Shown here piece by piece: positions 1 through 13,950 of a DNA stretch of 64,000 nucleotides. The notes beneath the pieces are model-generated. The model ran no database searches. It saw nothing but the letters and a program-made list of their open reading frames with translations, and was not told the origin of the DNA. The stretch covers positions 108,068,001-108,132,000 of the forward strand of contig NW_024704742.1 of the NCBI RefSeq assembly GCF_018977255.1, in the 5' to 3' direction. Positions within the stretch are counted from its first letter, which is position 1. Every line of letters begins with the position of its first letter. Both the position numbers and the translations under genes were made by a program. The DNA comes from Callorhinchus milii (taxonomy: Eukaryota).

Positions 1-185
1 CTTCAGCTTCAAGCATATCTCAAGAACCTTCACTTTAATCGTGCCTTTGGACAACCTCCTACCCTCCCTGCCCTCTACCCTCCCTGATCACAGCCCCACT
101 GCTTGGGTGCAAATCCCTGACTGTCCAGCACCTTGGGTCATCCTCCTGATATGAAAGGCTCTATACAAATGTAATTTTGCATTGT
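1..185 (+). mobile_element. L2 LINE 3' end fragment
   Basis: C-rich 3' region ending in cagcaccttgggtcatcctcctgatatgaaaggctctatacaaatgtaatttt, similar to the tail of the L2 copy at 36340-36408. Confidence 0.75.
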
Positions 186-3100
186 AAACCCACAGAAACA
201 GCATTTAAACGTGTGCAGTTAATGTATGTGAATTGTAAAAATTGACTTTGTAATATGATAAGTTCTGAAATTTTCTATTTCTCTGTTAGGTTAATATTCA
301 CATGCAAGTGGTGTTTTGTAAGTTACACCAACATTTATCCTGCTAGAATAGTTAGGGAAGTAGTAAGTCAAAGATTTTCATTCAGAAGAATATAGGAATG
401 TGAAGGACAGGAAAAGAACATCTGGGCAGTCCCAAAGTAAACATAAATTTTACTTTTTTCAAATGACAACAACACTACTCTAGTCTTCAATTCACCTCAA
501 TCAATGCTTTTGCCAAATACCTGCTTAATAAATCTAATAGCTATTCCACAGTTTAAAAAACATGCAGTCGAGCATACAAAGAAGTGTTGCTTCACAAGGC
601 ATTTTCTGATTTAATTTTGAAAAGGTTTGACAAACATGCACATGTATTTTGCTACTTCTCAGCTGGTTCAGTTGGATAGGATACCTTAAGATAACAGACA
701 TGTCAGTTTGTATGTATGCTATATGAACTATTGTATATACATTGAATTCTGACTGATGTTTTTATATGGGATCTGGTGCAAGTATTTATCCCCACCTCAT
801 AGCATAAAATGACTTTTCAAATGCCTTGTAAAATAAGTAGTTTCATCAATCTGGACATGTTCTCTTCATACATTGGAAAGTTGTCTTCTCTCCCTTAAGG
901 AAATACTTAGAGAAAATGCACTTTTTAAGTTTTATCAAAACAATTTACAGTGGGTATTTTCAAATCTCTGGAGGGCATTTCTGAACAAATCTGGTGAGGT
1001 CTATGTCACATGGAGGTGAAAAAAATGAGTTACACCAGTTTTACTGTGTTCTAAAATTGTGCAGATGCTTAAATGAAAAATAAAATTGGCCTTGGGCACC
1101 ATGCATTGGCTAACTGCTGGAACTGAATAGTAAGACATTGTGATTCATCTTTGTGAGTTTCCAATGTCTGGTGTGCCATTAGAATAAGGTGCCAAATGGA
1201 GACCATATGCTGCTGCACAAAGAAAGGGAAGTGAGAACAGTAGGTCGTACTACTTGCAGCAAGCCCAGAAACAGTATTGACAGACATCCAGGCACAGCCT
1301 AACTGCCGACCATTCTCGCTCATGGAATGAAATCTAAGGAGGATAAGAAAATAAATGAGACAAATTAAAGAAAAAGGAATAGAAATTCAGAGATTTATAA
1401 CACTCAGAGGTTATGCTGCCCCACATGTGTCATGAAAATCACTCCAGTGATATTATTATATTACCACTCTCATTGTTCCTGTCATTTTGAGCGAGTTTGA
1501 TGATTTTCCTTTATTCTCCTCGGACTGTTGATTTGTGACAGCAGTATTGTTGGCTGCATGTCGTGTTATAGTCGCTGTCCCCACTGATGATCATATAACG
1601 GTGATACACTGTTAATAAAAAAGAGCCACTTGAAGGGATGTGCAATGATCTAACTAATGAAATGCGGTTCCCAAAGTTGCTTTTGACACTTGTTTGTTTT
1701 ATGTTTTGTGTAAAACACCAGCATTGCGTGCCCTGTGTAGGAATGATCAATTTACAGCTGAATGGCATTCACTTGAGCATCTTCTTTTGATAATTATCTA
1801 TTTTTCTTTGCGAGTTGTATTATTATGTGGCCAGTTACGCAATTGTTGATTTTTAAAACACTGAACATTTCTTTATGGAGCTTTGTGGACATCTTAATTT
1901 TTCCTCCATTTGGGCCATTCTCATCGAGTGTATCTGCAAACATTTGCATACAACTCACCATCAACTGCTTGTAAATATGACAGCAAGCACTACTGACATT
2001 GAATTTCATTGAATTAGTTTGTATCCCTTCTCCTGATTAATAGAATTTTGAAGAAATCAACGTGATTTCCACATTTGAATTTAAAATTAATTTTGCATTT
2101 TGTTTTCAGTGCACGTGAAGATCCAGGCATTTTACAATTCAAAATAATTAGAACATTTTGTAAATCTGTTTGTATATTGTATTTTATTAGTGGGTTCTGT
2201 TTCTCTTGCAGGAGAATGAAAGGAATGGAAAATGGTGAGATCCAGAAACTCATGTTTGTCAACTGTTCTCCTGGAAAAATGGGGGGAAAAAACATAGTAC
2301 AGTACTTTTTAAAGTATTATAAAGCATAACAGCAGATTGCAGTCATAGGAAAATGGTACAGATGGAAGAAAAATTAAGATGTCCATATCCTTAAATGTTT
2401 CACAAATTGACTTTGCTAGCGATAAGGGAAAGATGACAAAAAATACAAATAAATAATTGTTTTGTATCCAAATACTGTGTCATTAAGGAATTATTATGGA
2501 ATCTAGTACTTCTGGATGACAGCAAATCAAAGCAAGCATATTTTCTCCTATTTGCCTGAATTGGCAGCCTGCTGAGTGAAACAGCTGAAGTAATAAGTAC
2601 CACACATTGCCTATCAAGCAAGTGTTTCAGCCATCTGTGGTGTTGAGGGATAGCTTCAGGAAAGAGAAACAAATTCCATTTAAAATTAGGTGAGTTGCTT
2701 TTTAATTGCTTCTGAATACATCTCAGTGTTTTATAATGAAAAGCAAAACAACGTAACTGTCAAAGAGTGTCACATCCTCATTCTAAAAAAGCAACAGGGT
2801 TCAATCTGAGCTCGTATTAATTAGTGTAATCTCAAGGGAGGAGTATCGGGTATCATGAGATGTTCATATGAGCTGTTTTTTTCCCTCCATTTAGTATTGC
2901 TAAGTTTAAAGTCAAAAAAAGTTTGCAAAATGCATTCTTTAGAACATTGTATTCAACGATTAAGACCAATTTGGCTGGATTGCATTTTCCCCAAAATGTT
3001 TTCATGCATGGTTCTATGGGCTGTGCCTCAAAAATGTGATTCCATTCAGCAGGACAAAGCACCATTTCACATAGCTGCATTAATACACAGCACCTGACTT

Positions 3101-3559
3101 CAATGTGTTTCTGGCAAATGGTTTGCGTCAGGCCACTGGAATGAGTCTGCAAGTTTAAAAAAAATTAAAAAAGTTATTTTAAGCAAATGGTGGTACCACA
3201 ATGCCTGTCTCCCTTTCCAATGAGGTGGAGTAGGCCCTAGGTTAGTGTGTTCTCTAAAGTTTTACTAAATTATAGCATGTTGGCAGTGGTGTACTCATGT
3301 TGACCTTGACTCATCCATGATGCATGGAAGAAGCTTCACTTACTACTGAGAGAAGGGAATACTAGAACATTGTGAGGATACCACAAAATTACTATCTCAA
3401 GATGAATCATTACACAAATTATGGTATACAGAAACTATGGACTAGTCAATTTACCATGAATTATAGGAGAACGATAAATTGTTCAGTTCAACATCAGTTA
3501 TAGTGGATCTGTACACATCGGTTCAACATCAGTGGTAAGGAAAGTCTTTGAAATTCTTT

Positions 3560-5360
3560 TCAGGAATCTGGTGAACATTTGGAAAAACATAAGTTGTAAA
3601 AGACTGTCAGCACTGATTCAGGAAAAATGGGTCATGTTTAACTAACGTGCTGGAGTTTTTCAAAGATACCACTGTCATGCCAGATCACAGGAATGCAGTG
3701 AATGTTTTTTTCTTGAATTTTCAAAAAGTGTCTGTCGTGGTTTCAAACCTGAGAAACAGAAGTGTGGCAAAATCCAATGTGGTCATGACTAGAAATGTTA
3801 GAAATATGTTGGAAATGAATTACAAGTAGGCTACCCAGGAATCTGTCTTCCCCCTCCCTCTCTTACATTATTTGCCATAAACGCAAATGACTGGGATAAA
3901 ATTGCCACCAAGATTTTCCTATTGCTTGTTCAATATTTAAATAATAATAATAATCCTTGCATTTGATATAGTACCTTATCATATCTTTGAGACATCTCAA
4001 AGAGTTTCATAGAATATACTGTAAAGTGAATTAATTTTGTGGGAGAAACTCAGCAGCCAATTGCACACAGCAGTGCCCCACAAACTGTCGTGGAATAAAT
4101 AAATTATATAAATGAGGTACAAAGGAAACAAAGAACAGTTGTAATCAAATTCAGAAGCATTTGGAGCTTTTGGATCACGGCAAATGCAGTTTAGTACAGA
4201 CAAATACAATTCATTTATTTGGGAGCAAGGTACCACTGTTGGGCATATGTTTTGAACGGAACCGTTAAAGTTCTACCTATGACAGAGTTTAAAGGTTGAG
4301 GTGTAAAAAGTGTTCAAAAAATATCTGTCCAGTGTATGGTTTCACAAAAAAAGTAAACAAGATGATGAGTGGTATTAGTAGGAGAATAGATTACAAACAA
4401 AACTAAGTAATTTTGCTACTCTATATGGAATTAGTTAGACTCAATTTCATTCTACCATAGGAACAGTATTACAGCAACAAATTACATTTGTATAGCACCT
4501 TTCACATCAGGAGGACGCCCCAAGGATATCTTAACCACAGTATTTGTAACAAATTGGCAGCAATTGGTAACAAATTGTTCCAGGTCTTGGTATGAGGAAA
4601 GTTTAAGGGTATTGAAAATGTTCTTGTGGATAATAGATTAAAATTACATAATCGTATTGACTTATTACAGCTTGATTCTCCGTCAAAATATACAGTCAAT
4701 TCACTTTACAGTATATTCCGTGAAGACATGATAAGGTGCTATATCAAATGCAAGGATTATTATATTGGTTGCATTCATTTAGACATATTAAGAATGTGTT
4801 TAAAATTAAGGGTAGATATACAATTTACAATGTATGATATTAAGAGTAAATTGGGAATGTTTGGCTAACTAATTTTAAAATGAAATTTGTGGAGTCCTGT
4901 AGCTCAGTGGTTAGAGCACTCGCTTTGCAAGCGAGAGACCTGAGTTCAATTCCAGGCAGGGCGAAACCTTGGGCAAGTTTCCTTACTCCACACGCCTAAT
5001 AATAATCCTTCCAAAACCAAAAACAATAATAAATTGGTCATTTTCAATCTATGACTGTTTGTGGGACATTGCTGTGCGCAATTGGCTGCCGTGTTCGCCC
5101 TTCTGTGAAGCACTTTGGGACGTCCTCTTGACGTGAAAAGTGCTATATTAAATGCAAGGATAAAAAGATTAATGAACATATAGAATAGTTTATAAGGAAA
5201 TAGGAAGTAAATTATAAATTACTTCAAAAGTTAATTAGGATTTTTTTTAAACTAAGATTGAACAATATGGTGAGAAAGCAGGAAGATGTGGTTGGGATCT
5301 ATCAAACAGATGCTGCCTTATTGGGCCAAATAGCCTTTTCTTGTTCCAATTTTCCACATT
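3560..5360 (+). mobile_element. Fragmented old CR1 LINE, interrupted by SINE pieces and a short L2 tail
   Basis: LEFFKD..VNVFFLNFQK in ORF 3647-3829 resembles the CR1 RT motif LLEFFE..VDVVYLDFQKAF; CR1-like 3' end ttgggccaaatagccttttcttgttcc near 5320-5350. Confidence 0.55.
4891..5162 (+). mobile_element. tRNA-derived SINE, short variant with internal deletion
   Basis: Head ggagtcctgtagctcagtggttagagc (A box) and gagttcaattcc (B box); body ttgctgtgcgcaattggctgcc; L2-like tail ending aatgcaagga. Confidence 0.9.
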
Positions 5361-7587
5361 CCAAATACTGAGGATGTTGTAAGGAGCTGCATTCTCTGTA
5401 GAATAAACTATAAAAGTAACCTATGCCTCATATAACTGTGTTTTTAGTAAGACACTACATTTTTCACGTGACATGATTTTTATTTTACTGCATTCTCTGA
5501 TGAATTGAATGTAAATTTCAGTTCCAACATCATTGTGAAATATAACACAAGAATATTTTCTTATGAAATAGAATTCAAGATGAAAAGATAAGATGCGTTC
5601 ACAACTACAATGTATGATCTATTGATTGCTCTAATCAATTAAAAATCATTATAGCAATACTACTTCAACATACTGTATTTTTATTTCTGTTTCCAATCCA
5701 CATTTTATTCTCAATTTTGAATATTGTTTCTAATTCTGTAGTTTTGGAAAAGTGATTTAATATTGAGTTTTACTATTACATTTTGAAAATACAGAAGTGT
5801 CAGCCAGACATTTCTTTCCGTCATCACTGATCTCTTGCAATGATCAACGGGAGCTTCCTTAGTGGGATTATTAAGTAGGTTAAAGGACAGACAGGCCCTT
5901 CTACCTCAGATGTCCTTGGTAGCCATCCCACAGAGCTGCGCTGAGAGGATGTTTACTTTAGAAAAGATCTACCCCAATCCTCAAAGGTCAACAAATGAAC
6001 TCATCTCACCTACAGAGAGAGAGCAGCAAAGAATGAAATGGCATAGTGAGCTGTTGCTGAAAGCTCCTTCCAGTTCTGCCTGTCATCTTGAGTTTTCATA
6101 CATGGGCACATAACACAGAAAATGGTTCCCACGGGGAATACTCTATGCTTGCTAGCCTATATTTCCCCAATCAGACAGCGTGTAAGTAATGGAACAGCAC
6201 TTTAATGGCTCTCCTTCCACATGCCCTGATAACCTTCTCTCCGCTGAGCTGGTTTGTAGCTGACAAATATGACATGCATATCTGCTAGATCCCTGGGCAG
6301 GTAATATTCTCATTTCCAATCCATCACAGTCATCAAAAAATAATGAGACCCTTGAAAGTCATGTTGTGCTGGAAATGACCTTATGTGACAATGAAGTGGA
6401 GATTAACTTTAAACTGGCACAAAAGATCCTAGTTAAAGAAAGTAGTAATTTAACAGCGTTTGAATACCATATTGAAAGGCCTGTAATTTGACAGTGAAAT
6501 GCATAGCACAGTGAGCACGGCACTTCCTGAAACACTATAGCTGCCTCTGCCTAATACTGAGTTTCTACTGCAAAAACTTGCATTGATTTTTTTAAACCCA
6601 CAGACTCTTACAGAAGAATGTGATACCTGATGCAAAATGAAATGTAATCCTTTCTTATGTGAGCTAATATAATTGTGTTTGTTTTACAATAAAAGTGATC
6701 TTGCTGTATTTTTAAAATCTCTGAACAATCTGCGCTAATCCCATCAATGAACCAATAGCATGAATTCTTTACGAAAGTACAGTTCTCACATCTCAAGTAA
6801 CCAGCAGTGATTGAATTTTGTAAATCTTCTTAAGTTGTATGATGTCAGCTGCATTATAAATATAAAATTTTTCCAGGCAGGAAGGCTGTTGGATCATCTT
6901 ATGACAAATTAATTCCTGCCATTGAGTGATGTTCATGGATTGGCAATTTCAAAGAATGCTAGCAGTACATTAAGATACCAGTAAACCGTCTGAGCCAGAT
7001 ACCATATAAAAACCCAGTTTAACGCAGTAAGCAAAAATGTAGAATGCGCATTGCAAGGAAATTCAAAAGCTGCTTTTATTCAAAAGCTGCTTTTGCACAA
7101 AAGCAGATAACTTGAGAGTCGTGATATGTAGCTTAGTTTTCTTCGTGAGAAACTGTACCAGTTTGCAACTCACAGATAAAGAAATCAATCCAAGCACTTA
7201 GACTAAACGGCAAAAATTTTGACAGCAAATTATAACAAGTACTCTGCACCTTTATCTTTCATGCAGGAATATTTGATTTTTGTTCTCACACCAAGGTATT
7301 CTTCTTCATAGATACGGTTGAGCAAAGAAAGCCATATATTATTTAGACTTGAGCTGAAGCTGAAGATACTTTAATGACGGCAGCAGCCTGTCCCAAGAAT
7401 GTTGCAGGATTAAAATCCCATTCTAAATTGAGTTAGCTAAACTCAGCAGTTTGCGTGTACTAGAAATGTTCTTTCTGGACAGAGACTCTGAATCCAATTA
7501 GTACTCAACAATGACTCCTACCATAAAGTATCTATATGTAAATAAATATTGGACGAGTCATAGCCTTTGGGAGAAGAAGGTTCACCA

Positions 7588-8170
7588 CCACAACAAAAAC
7601 AAATTGCATTTATATAGCACCTTTCACATTGGGAGGACATTTCAAGGTGCTGGGCAGTCAAGGGTTTGCACTTGAGTTGGGGGTTGGAATCAAGAGGGGC
7701 AGAGAGCAAGGTGGGCTGGGATGATGACGGAAGGCACGGTTGAAGAGAAAGGTCTTGAGAGGGATATTCAAGGAGGCAAGGGAGGAGCAAGATGGAGGGG
7801 CTCTGGGATGGGGGCAGAAAGGCCTGAAGTCCCAAACACTGATGGTGGAATGGGCAGGGTGAGGTACATGGAGCAGACAAGGGCCTACTGAGTGGAGAAA
7901 GGATGTGGCGGAAAGTGATGAAAGCAAGGATGTTGATGGTAGCAGTGATGGAGTTTTGGGAGGAGAGTGACCAAGGAGGTAGGATCGTTACAGAAAGAGG
8001 CTCAGAGGGGCAGGAGTTTGGATCACTCTGAAGTGGCAGCGAGCGAGTGAAGGGCATTTTTTTTCCAGAAGCAGGAAGAGATAGAAGTGGGTTGGGTGGC
8101 AGGAAGTGGGATGGAAAAGTTAAGGGAGGTTAAATAATGGTCTGAGATGACAGATAAGGAATAATGGATA
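7588..8170 (-). mobile_element. Degenerate L2 LINE fragment with 3' tail
   Basis: Starts with the reverse-complement tail caacaaaaacaaattgcatttatatagcacctttcac; LKTFLFNRAF in ORF 7658-7927 matches the L2 ORF2 C-terminus seen elsewhere in the window. Confidence 0.75.
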
Positions 8171-10499
8171 ACCTGACTGAGATTTTCAAACATAATGAAG
8201 GGAACCCACAATAATGATGATAATTCTTGCATATTTTATAATGTTTTATCATGTTGATGAAATATTTTAAAACTGTTCGCAGGATTTACTGTAAAATGCA
8301 GTGAAACAAATTAGTTAGGCAATGAGATCAAATGAAGGGGACAGTGGGATTGAAAATGTGCACCTCAAAGCTGGAAAAAGTGCTTTGGGATATAAAGAGC
8401 AACTCCTACAGGATTGTCTTACACATGATTCTGCCCCATATGAACTTGGCTCCAACTGGGTGTCTTGTCAGAGCTGTTTTTTGACATATTGCTGTGAAAT
8501 ACAGGGGAATCTTGTAATGCCTTTCGATATAATGCTTCCTAGCTTATAGTATGCATCTCCTGTGGACCGGTGCTCACCAGAAAAACAGTATTCTAGCACT
8601 GAATAGTGCTTCTTGTGCTTAAACAAAAGGCTTTCTGGGTTGTCATGTTACTGCTGAGATGGTATGCCAAGTGAAGCACACTATATAAATGCAAGTACTT
8701 GTTCACATCACTTCCTGACACTGTAGATGCTCACGATGTGTAGGAAGTGCTGCTGACCTCATGCAACATGCAGGAAGTGAAGTCAGCAGAGATCTGATGA
8801 CCTGAAAGTCGGACATGTTTTCACACCTTGCTTATAATGCAGCCACTGAGATATTGGACTGAGCTGACTGCATTATAAGCAAGGTTTCGCTGTAACATGG
8901 GATTACCTACATTTTACATACTGAGGACATTTTTCCAGCATTGAGTCATCATTCCTCCTTTTCCAATGAACACTTCTTCAACCATGCAGTCTTAAAGACT
9001 TAGAGTTAGAAAACATTTCTTCATACAGAGTGTTGTGACACTGCCCGAGGTTGTAGATGCAGAATCAATTGGGATGTTTGAATTATAAATACTCGGGAAG
9101 TGGAGGCATTAAGGGATTTGGCGAAAAGATAGAGAAAAAGATTAAAAGATCTAATGAAATGGTATAACTGGCTGAATGGCTATTTCTTGTGGAATATGTG
9201 AGTGGAAAATGTCAAGTAAGTGACTTATGAAAGGTTCTGTGAAGTATGAACAAGGTGTAGATTCTAAATACATTTTTATTCCAAGGTCTTGTTTAATGGA
9301 ATGCAAGATTTTGGCTATTGAAACATTTCTTTAGAATGCTTCAATGAAAACATGTCAATGAATAAACTTCCACTATAAGTACATTACTGAATCGAAAGGG
9401 GGTTAATAACAACAAAGATCAATATAATGGATTGAACTTGACCCATGAGGAGTTTATCCTGGGAGAAAACTATTAAATCCTAATCAGAATTTAATAGTAC
9501 ACAAGGTACTAGTCTGGGAGCCAAACCCTTTCATAAAAGTCACCACAATATTAGCAAGAGGTAATGATGCATTCCTCCATCTCAAATCTCAAGAGGCTAG
9601 CAAGTAAGTAACATACCATGCTTGAAGACATAAGATATAGCTTTGTTGCTGACTTCAAGTTGGGTGACAAGGTTGAAATCAGTGTGGGATTCCCCATTTC
9701 CATTCAGAAAAGTAGGTTGCCCAATAGCTGAAACAATCAAAAGAATATAGGGGGCAAAAGGTTTTCATTATATTTAGGCTTGAAACTTCACAATAAAGCC
9801 AAATACCCAACTCCAAATACGTATTCAAATTGCTACGTTCATCAAAGCTTTGTAAATCTGGTCACTAATAAATTGGAACTTCAGCCGGTTCACCCCCCGC
9901 CTCTATCCCCATTTACTTTCATCATAATGTGATCCCTTTTCAATTGCAAATGTTGCATCCAGGACATCTTGAATGAGAAGAAGATAATATGCAGTATCAC
10001 CCGTTAAGGCTGCATTACCTAAAGAGGAAAATCCTAGAAATACGTTTGTCTGAAATGGAATCAGAGGTTTTAGGTAGAAAAATGTCTTTAATTTGGCAAA
10101 TTGCAGTATGTTATTAAGTTATAAGGTATTGGTATACTGTATAAGGATTTCAAGATTTATTTACTTAGAATTATGATTTTATCATAATTGAATCTGAATT
10201 GAAAGCCTGTACTTCCACTCAGGGATTTATGATGCTCCATTGTAATACTCTCTGGTGTCCAAAAGGAAGGTTGAACTCCTGATGAGACACAATTTCAGCT
10301 TCACTGATAATTAAGGCTTTCTGGAAGCAAATGCACTGAATGAGATGTATAAATTAGAGGCAAAGTGCAAAAGAATAGAAACTTGAGAAAGAGATGGGCT
10401 CACACTACAGACTCACTGGCCATTAAAATGAGAAGAGCAATGCCAACAGAAAAGCTTAATACAAAATGTAAACTTCCAGACCTGGCCAGATCTTGACTT

Positions 10500-11070
10500 C
10501 ATGACTGATATAAACCAACATAACTTGCACATAACTCCCCTTTCAAGTAGGAAATGTCTCAAGGTGCTTTACAGAGATCGAGTGAAAATCCAAGCAAGGT
10601 AAAAATAGAAGAGTAAGAAGGAAATGGCTGAAGTGTCGACAACTAGGCTTTAGAAAGAAGAAAGATGGTGCAAAGCATACAGATTTTGGGAGAGAGTTCC
10701 AGAGGGTAGAGCAGAGTGGCTAGAAGCTTGGTCACCAATGGTGAGGCCAAGGATTTGGACTTGCTACAAGGCAGAGTTTGTGGAGCGAAGGTAAAAGATA
10801 GACACTAGAAGAGATCTCAGCCATTCTGCTCCTGCTCCCTGGAACTCCATCCTAATGGATCAATAGGTAAAGCTAAGTGAACCTGAGCCTTGTAGATTTT
10901 CTCACATTCAAATCTGTCCACAGCCTTACCCCATCTTAATTCTGCAGTTTGACTGCCCTGGCCGCTCCCTCTGCTCAGCGATCAGTGACCTGCTTCATGT
11001 CCCGGGTCAATCAGCCCCATCATCAATGGGTGAGATATCAGCATTCAGCCCCTGTTCTGTGGAGGTCCAG
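10500..11070. mobile_element. Two degenerate L2 fragments in opposite orientations
   Basis: Minus-strand tail-like caacataacttgcacataac...aaggtgcttt, then plus-strand remnant ctcacattcaaatctgtccacagcctt (ILTFKALH-like). Confidence 0.45.
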
Positions 11071-11342
11071 GGACATTAAATTTGCATAGTGACACTGAAA
11101 TGTAGTGCTAGGGGTGTGTGGCATTGTTGGAGGTACAGTCTTTCAGAGTTAGACATTAAATGGAGCTGTATCACTCCAATGTATTCAAGATTGAGGTTAT
11201 CTCAGATAGGAATAACTTGGTTCTGATATTTTGTGGAAAATTTAAGAAAGTTTGTTTTCCTCATCATGGAAAGTCAAAATCAAGATGAACAATTCCCCAG
11301 CATTCACACAATGCAAGGATCCAAGTCTAGTTTCTGTTAGCA

Positions 11343-11720
11343 GTGGAGTCTTGTAGGTCAGTGGTTAGAGCACTCGCCTTGCAAGCAAGAAACCTGGGTT
11401 TAATTCCTAGCAGGGCAAAACGTTGTCCAAGATTCCTTACTCCACACACTTCAGTTTACCTAGCAGTAAGTAGGAACCCGGTTGTTAGTCGATTGGCGAT
11501 CGCTTTTCCGGAGATAATAATTCCTTTTCAAAAAAAAAATAATAAATTGATCGCTCAATCCAGGGCTGTCTGTGAGACACTGCTGTGCGCAATTGGCTGC
11601 CTCATTTCGCCCACAAAACATAATGTCAATTCACTCTGCAGTATATTCTGTGAAGGGCTTTGAGACGTCTCGAAGATGTGATAAGACGCTATATCGAATG
11701 CAAGGATTATTATTATTATT
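11343..11720 (+). mobile_element. tRNA-derived SINE, long variant, full length
   Basis: tRNA-like head, extra central block cagtttacctagcagtaagtaggaacccggttgttagtcgattggc, Deu-like segment, tail caaggattattattattatt. Confidence 0.9.
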
Positions 11721-13161
11721 TCTCAAGATATCAAGCCACGAGAAAGTGATGGCTTGCCAGCAAGGGATATCTGAAAAAAATTACAAATAAACTACTTGTA
11801 TTCAAAATGGTGTTTCCTATTTACTGCTGACTGCAACATACAGTATGCCTTTTGTAACAGTCAAGGCATTTTAAATATTCTCTGCCAAAGATGCATATTT
11901 TTCACAATACACAAAGGTAGTAAAAATCTAAATATAAAAATGTTGACTCCTCAGGGCTAGCTAAATGGTTCACTTCCAAAGGATTCCGTCTTAACTTTCA
12001 AAGATTGGAAATGAGTTTCTGCTTTTGTTTCATTAGATTGACTTAACTTTCACACAGATACATGCTAGGTGTTAAGGCCACGAATAACATAATGGGTATC
12101 CATTTTATTAGCAAAAGAGAAAAGGCACAGAATATATTGTGGTAGTGTGCTGCAAAAAAAAATTGTATTTAAAATAAAAATAATTTTAGACCATGTCCTG
12201 GCTGAAAGCTAGCGTGGTTCCATTGAAATGACGTTAATTTTTACGTATAACAAATGCGTGTGACAGGTCAAAATTGCCAAAGGTAATGGATCACAAAATT
12301 GTCCATAGGGGATTAAAAATAAAAGGTTTTCGTGCACCTCTGCTCTCAAAGCCAAAATGTTACAAGACCCTTGTGGCCTCAGATGAGATCCTTGGAAAAT
12401 GCTGCAATGGGACAGGCCTCAGGACTGATTAGTAACACATTTGTGAATGTCAAATGACATTGTGACAGCCTACGTATTCTAACAATTGGTCCTTTATTTT
12501 ATAAATTATACTGAATCAGATCATGCTTTGAATTTATGTTTCAATTTATTTAAACACACAGGTATTTAGATTTCATATCAAGATAACCCAGCCTCTATAT
12601 GTAGGTGTCACTAATTGTTTCATTTAGGAACCAGAGTGAGCTGCTTGACTTCTCAATCCTCAGTTCCCTGGACTTTACAGTCCAATGTTCAGCCAAGTGA
12701 ATTGCTGGGATTTCAAAATCTGCACCAAGTCAGACTGCAGGAAACTTTGTGCCTGGAAAAGTCCACAACTAGAAATTGTTAAGGTCAACCTCAAAGCTGT
12801 GTGTTTTGTAAGGATTAACTCTTGTGGTAAGAGGGCTTTCTACCTCGTTTGTACTGGATTTTTTATGTGTGGTTTAAAATGGTATCCTTTGCTGTTCTAG
12901 ATATTTGGCCCAAGACAATATTTATTAGGCATTAAATGGTAACTTCTTGTCTGCCACAAAGGATTTCAGAAAATTAAAATCAAATATTTACTGTCTGTGT
13001 GAATTTGTGTGTGTGTTGGGACTTAGTATGCCTAAAATGTTTAAATTCCAATTCAGAAACTCTTTAAGTTAGCAATATAAAAGAAAATGAGAGTTTCAAA
13101 AATAATTTACTTATTCAGTTTACAAAATCCAAAATGTAGTGCAATTTGCATATTTTTTTCA

Positions 13162-13950
13162 CAAGAACATAAGAAATAGGAGCAGGAGTAGGCCATTCGG
13201 CCCCTCAAGCCTGCCCCGCCATTTAATAAGATCATGGCTGATCTTCTAAGCTAATTCCATTTACCTGCCCTATCCCCATATCCCTTAATCCCTTTAGTTT
13301 TTAAAAATCTATCGATCTCAGTCTTGAATATGTTCAATAACTGAGCATTCACAGCCTTCTGGGGTAAAGAATTCCATAAGTTCACTACCCTCTGAGTGAA
13401 GAAATGTTTTCTCAACTCAGTTTTAAAAGGCTGTCCTTTAATCCTGAGACCATGACGCCTAGTTTTAGATTCTCCAACCAGGGGAAACAGTCTCACGGCA
13501 TCTACCCTGTCAAGACCCTTAAGAATCTTATAGGTTCCTATAAAATCACCTCTAATTCTTCTATATTCTAGAGAAGATCTACTCAACCTCTCCTCATAGG
13601 TCAACCCCTTCATTCCAGGAACCAACCTAGTGAACCTATGTTGCACCCCCTCTAAGGCGAGTATATCCTTTCTTAGATAAAGAGACCAAAACCGCATGCA
13701 ATATTCTAGGTGCGGTCTCACCAAGGCCCTATACAATTGCAGCAAGACTTCCCTACTCTTATATTCTAACCCCTTTGCAATAAACGCTAACATGTTATTC
13801 GCCTTTCTAGTTGCTTGCTGTACCTGCATACTAACTCTCTGTGATTGTTGTACAAGGACACCTAAATCCCTCTGAATACTTACACTACCTCATCTCTCCC
13901 CCTCTAGAAAATAATCTGCTTCTCCATTTTTTCTACCTAGGTGAATAACT
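13162..13950 (-). mobile_element. CR1 LINE, 5'-truncated, with ORF2 C-terminus and 3' UTR
   Basis: ORF 13251-13829 LYRALVRPHLEYC..FWS..LEGVQHRFTR..RGD..FFTQRVVNLWNSLP is a typical CR1 ORF2 end; reverse-complement 3' UTR aagaacataagaaataggagcaggagtaggcc. Confidence 0.95.

Noticed and set aside
2212..2234. Plus-strand 23-nt microexon (ttgcag|...|gtgaga)
   Set aside because: Not a multiple of three, no partner exons identified, and such sites arise by chance
4891..4965. tRNA-Ala(TGC)-like sequence (also at 11343, 42861, 48999 and in minus-strand copies)
   Set aside because: SINE head: no proper acceptor stem, and always followed by the SINE body and tail
7061..7096. Tandem ttcaaaagctgctttt duplication
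   Set aside because: Simple 17-bp slippage duplication with no further structure
8793..8812. ctgatgacctgaaag as a hammerhead core
   Set aside because: No room for stem II between CTGATGA and GAAA, and no supporting stems
13251..13829. 192-aa ORF as a host gene
   Set aside because: CR1 ORF2 C-terminus, 5'-truncated
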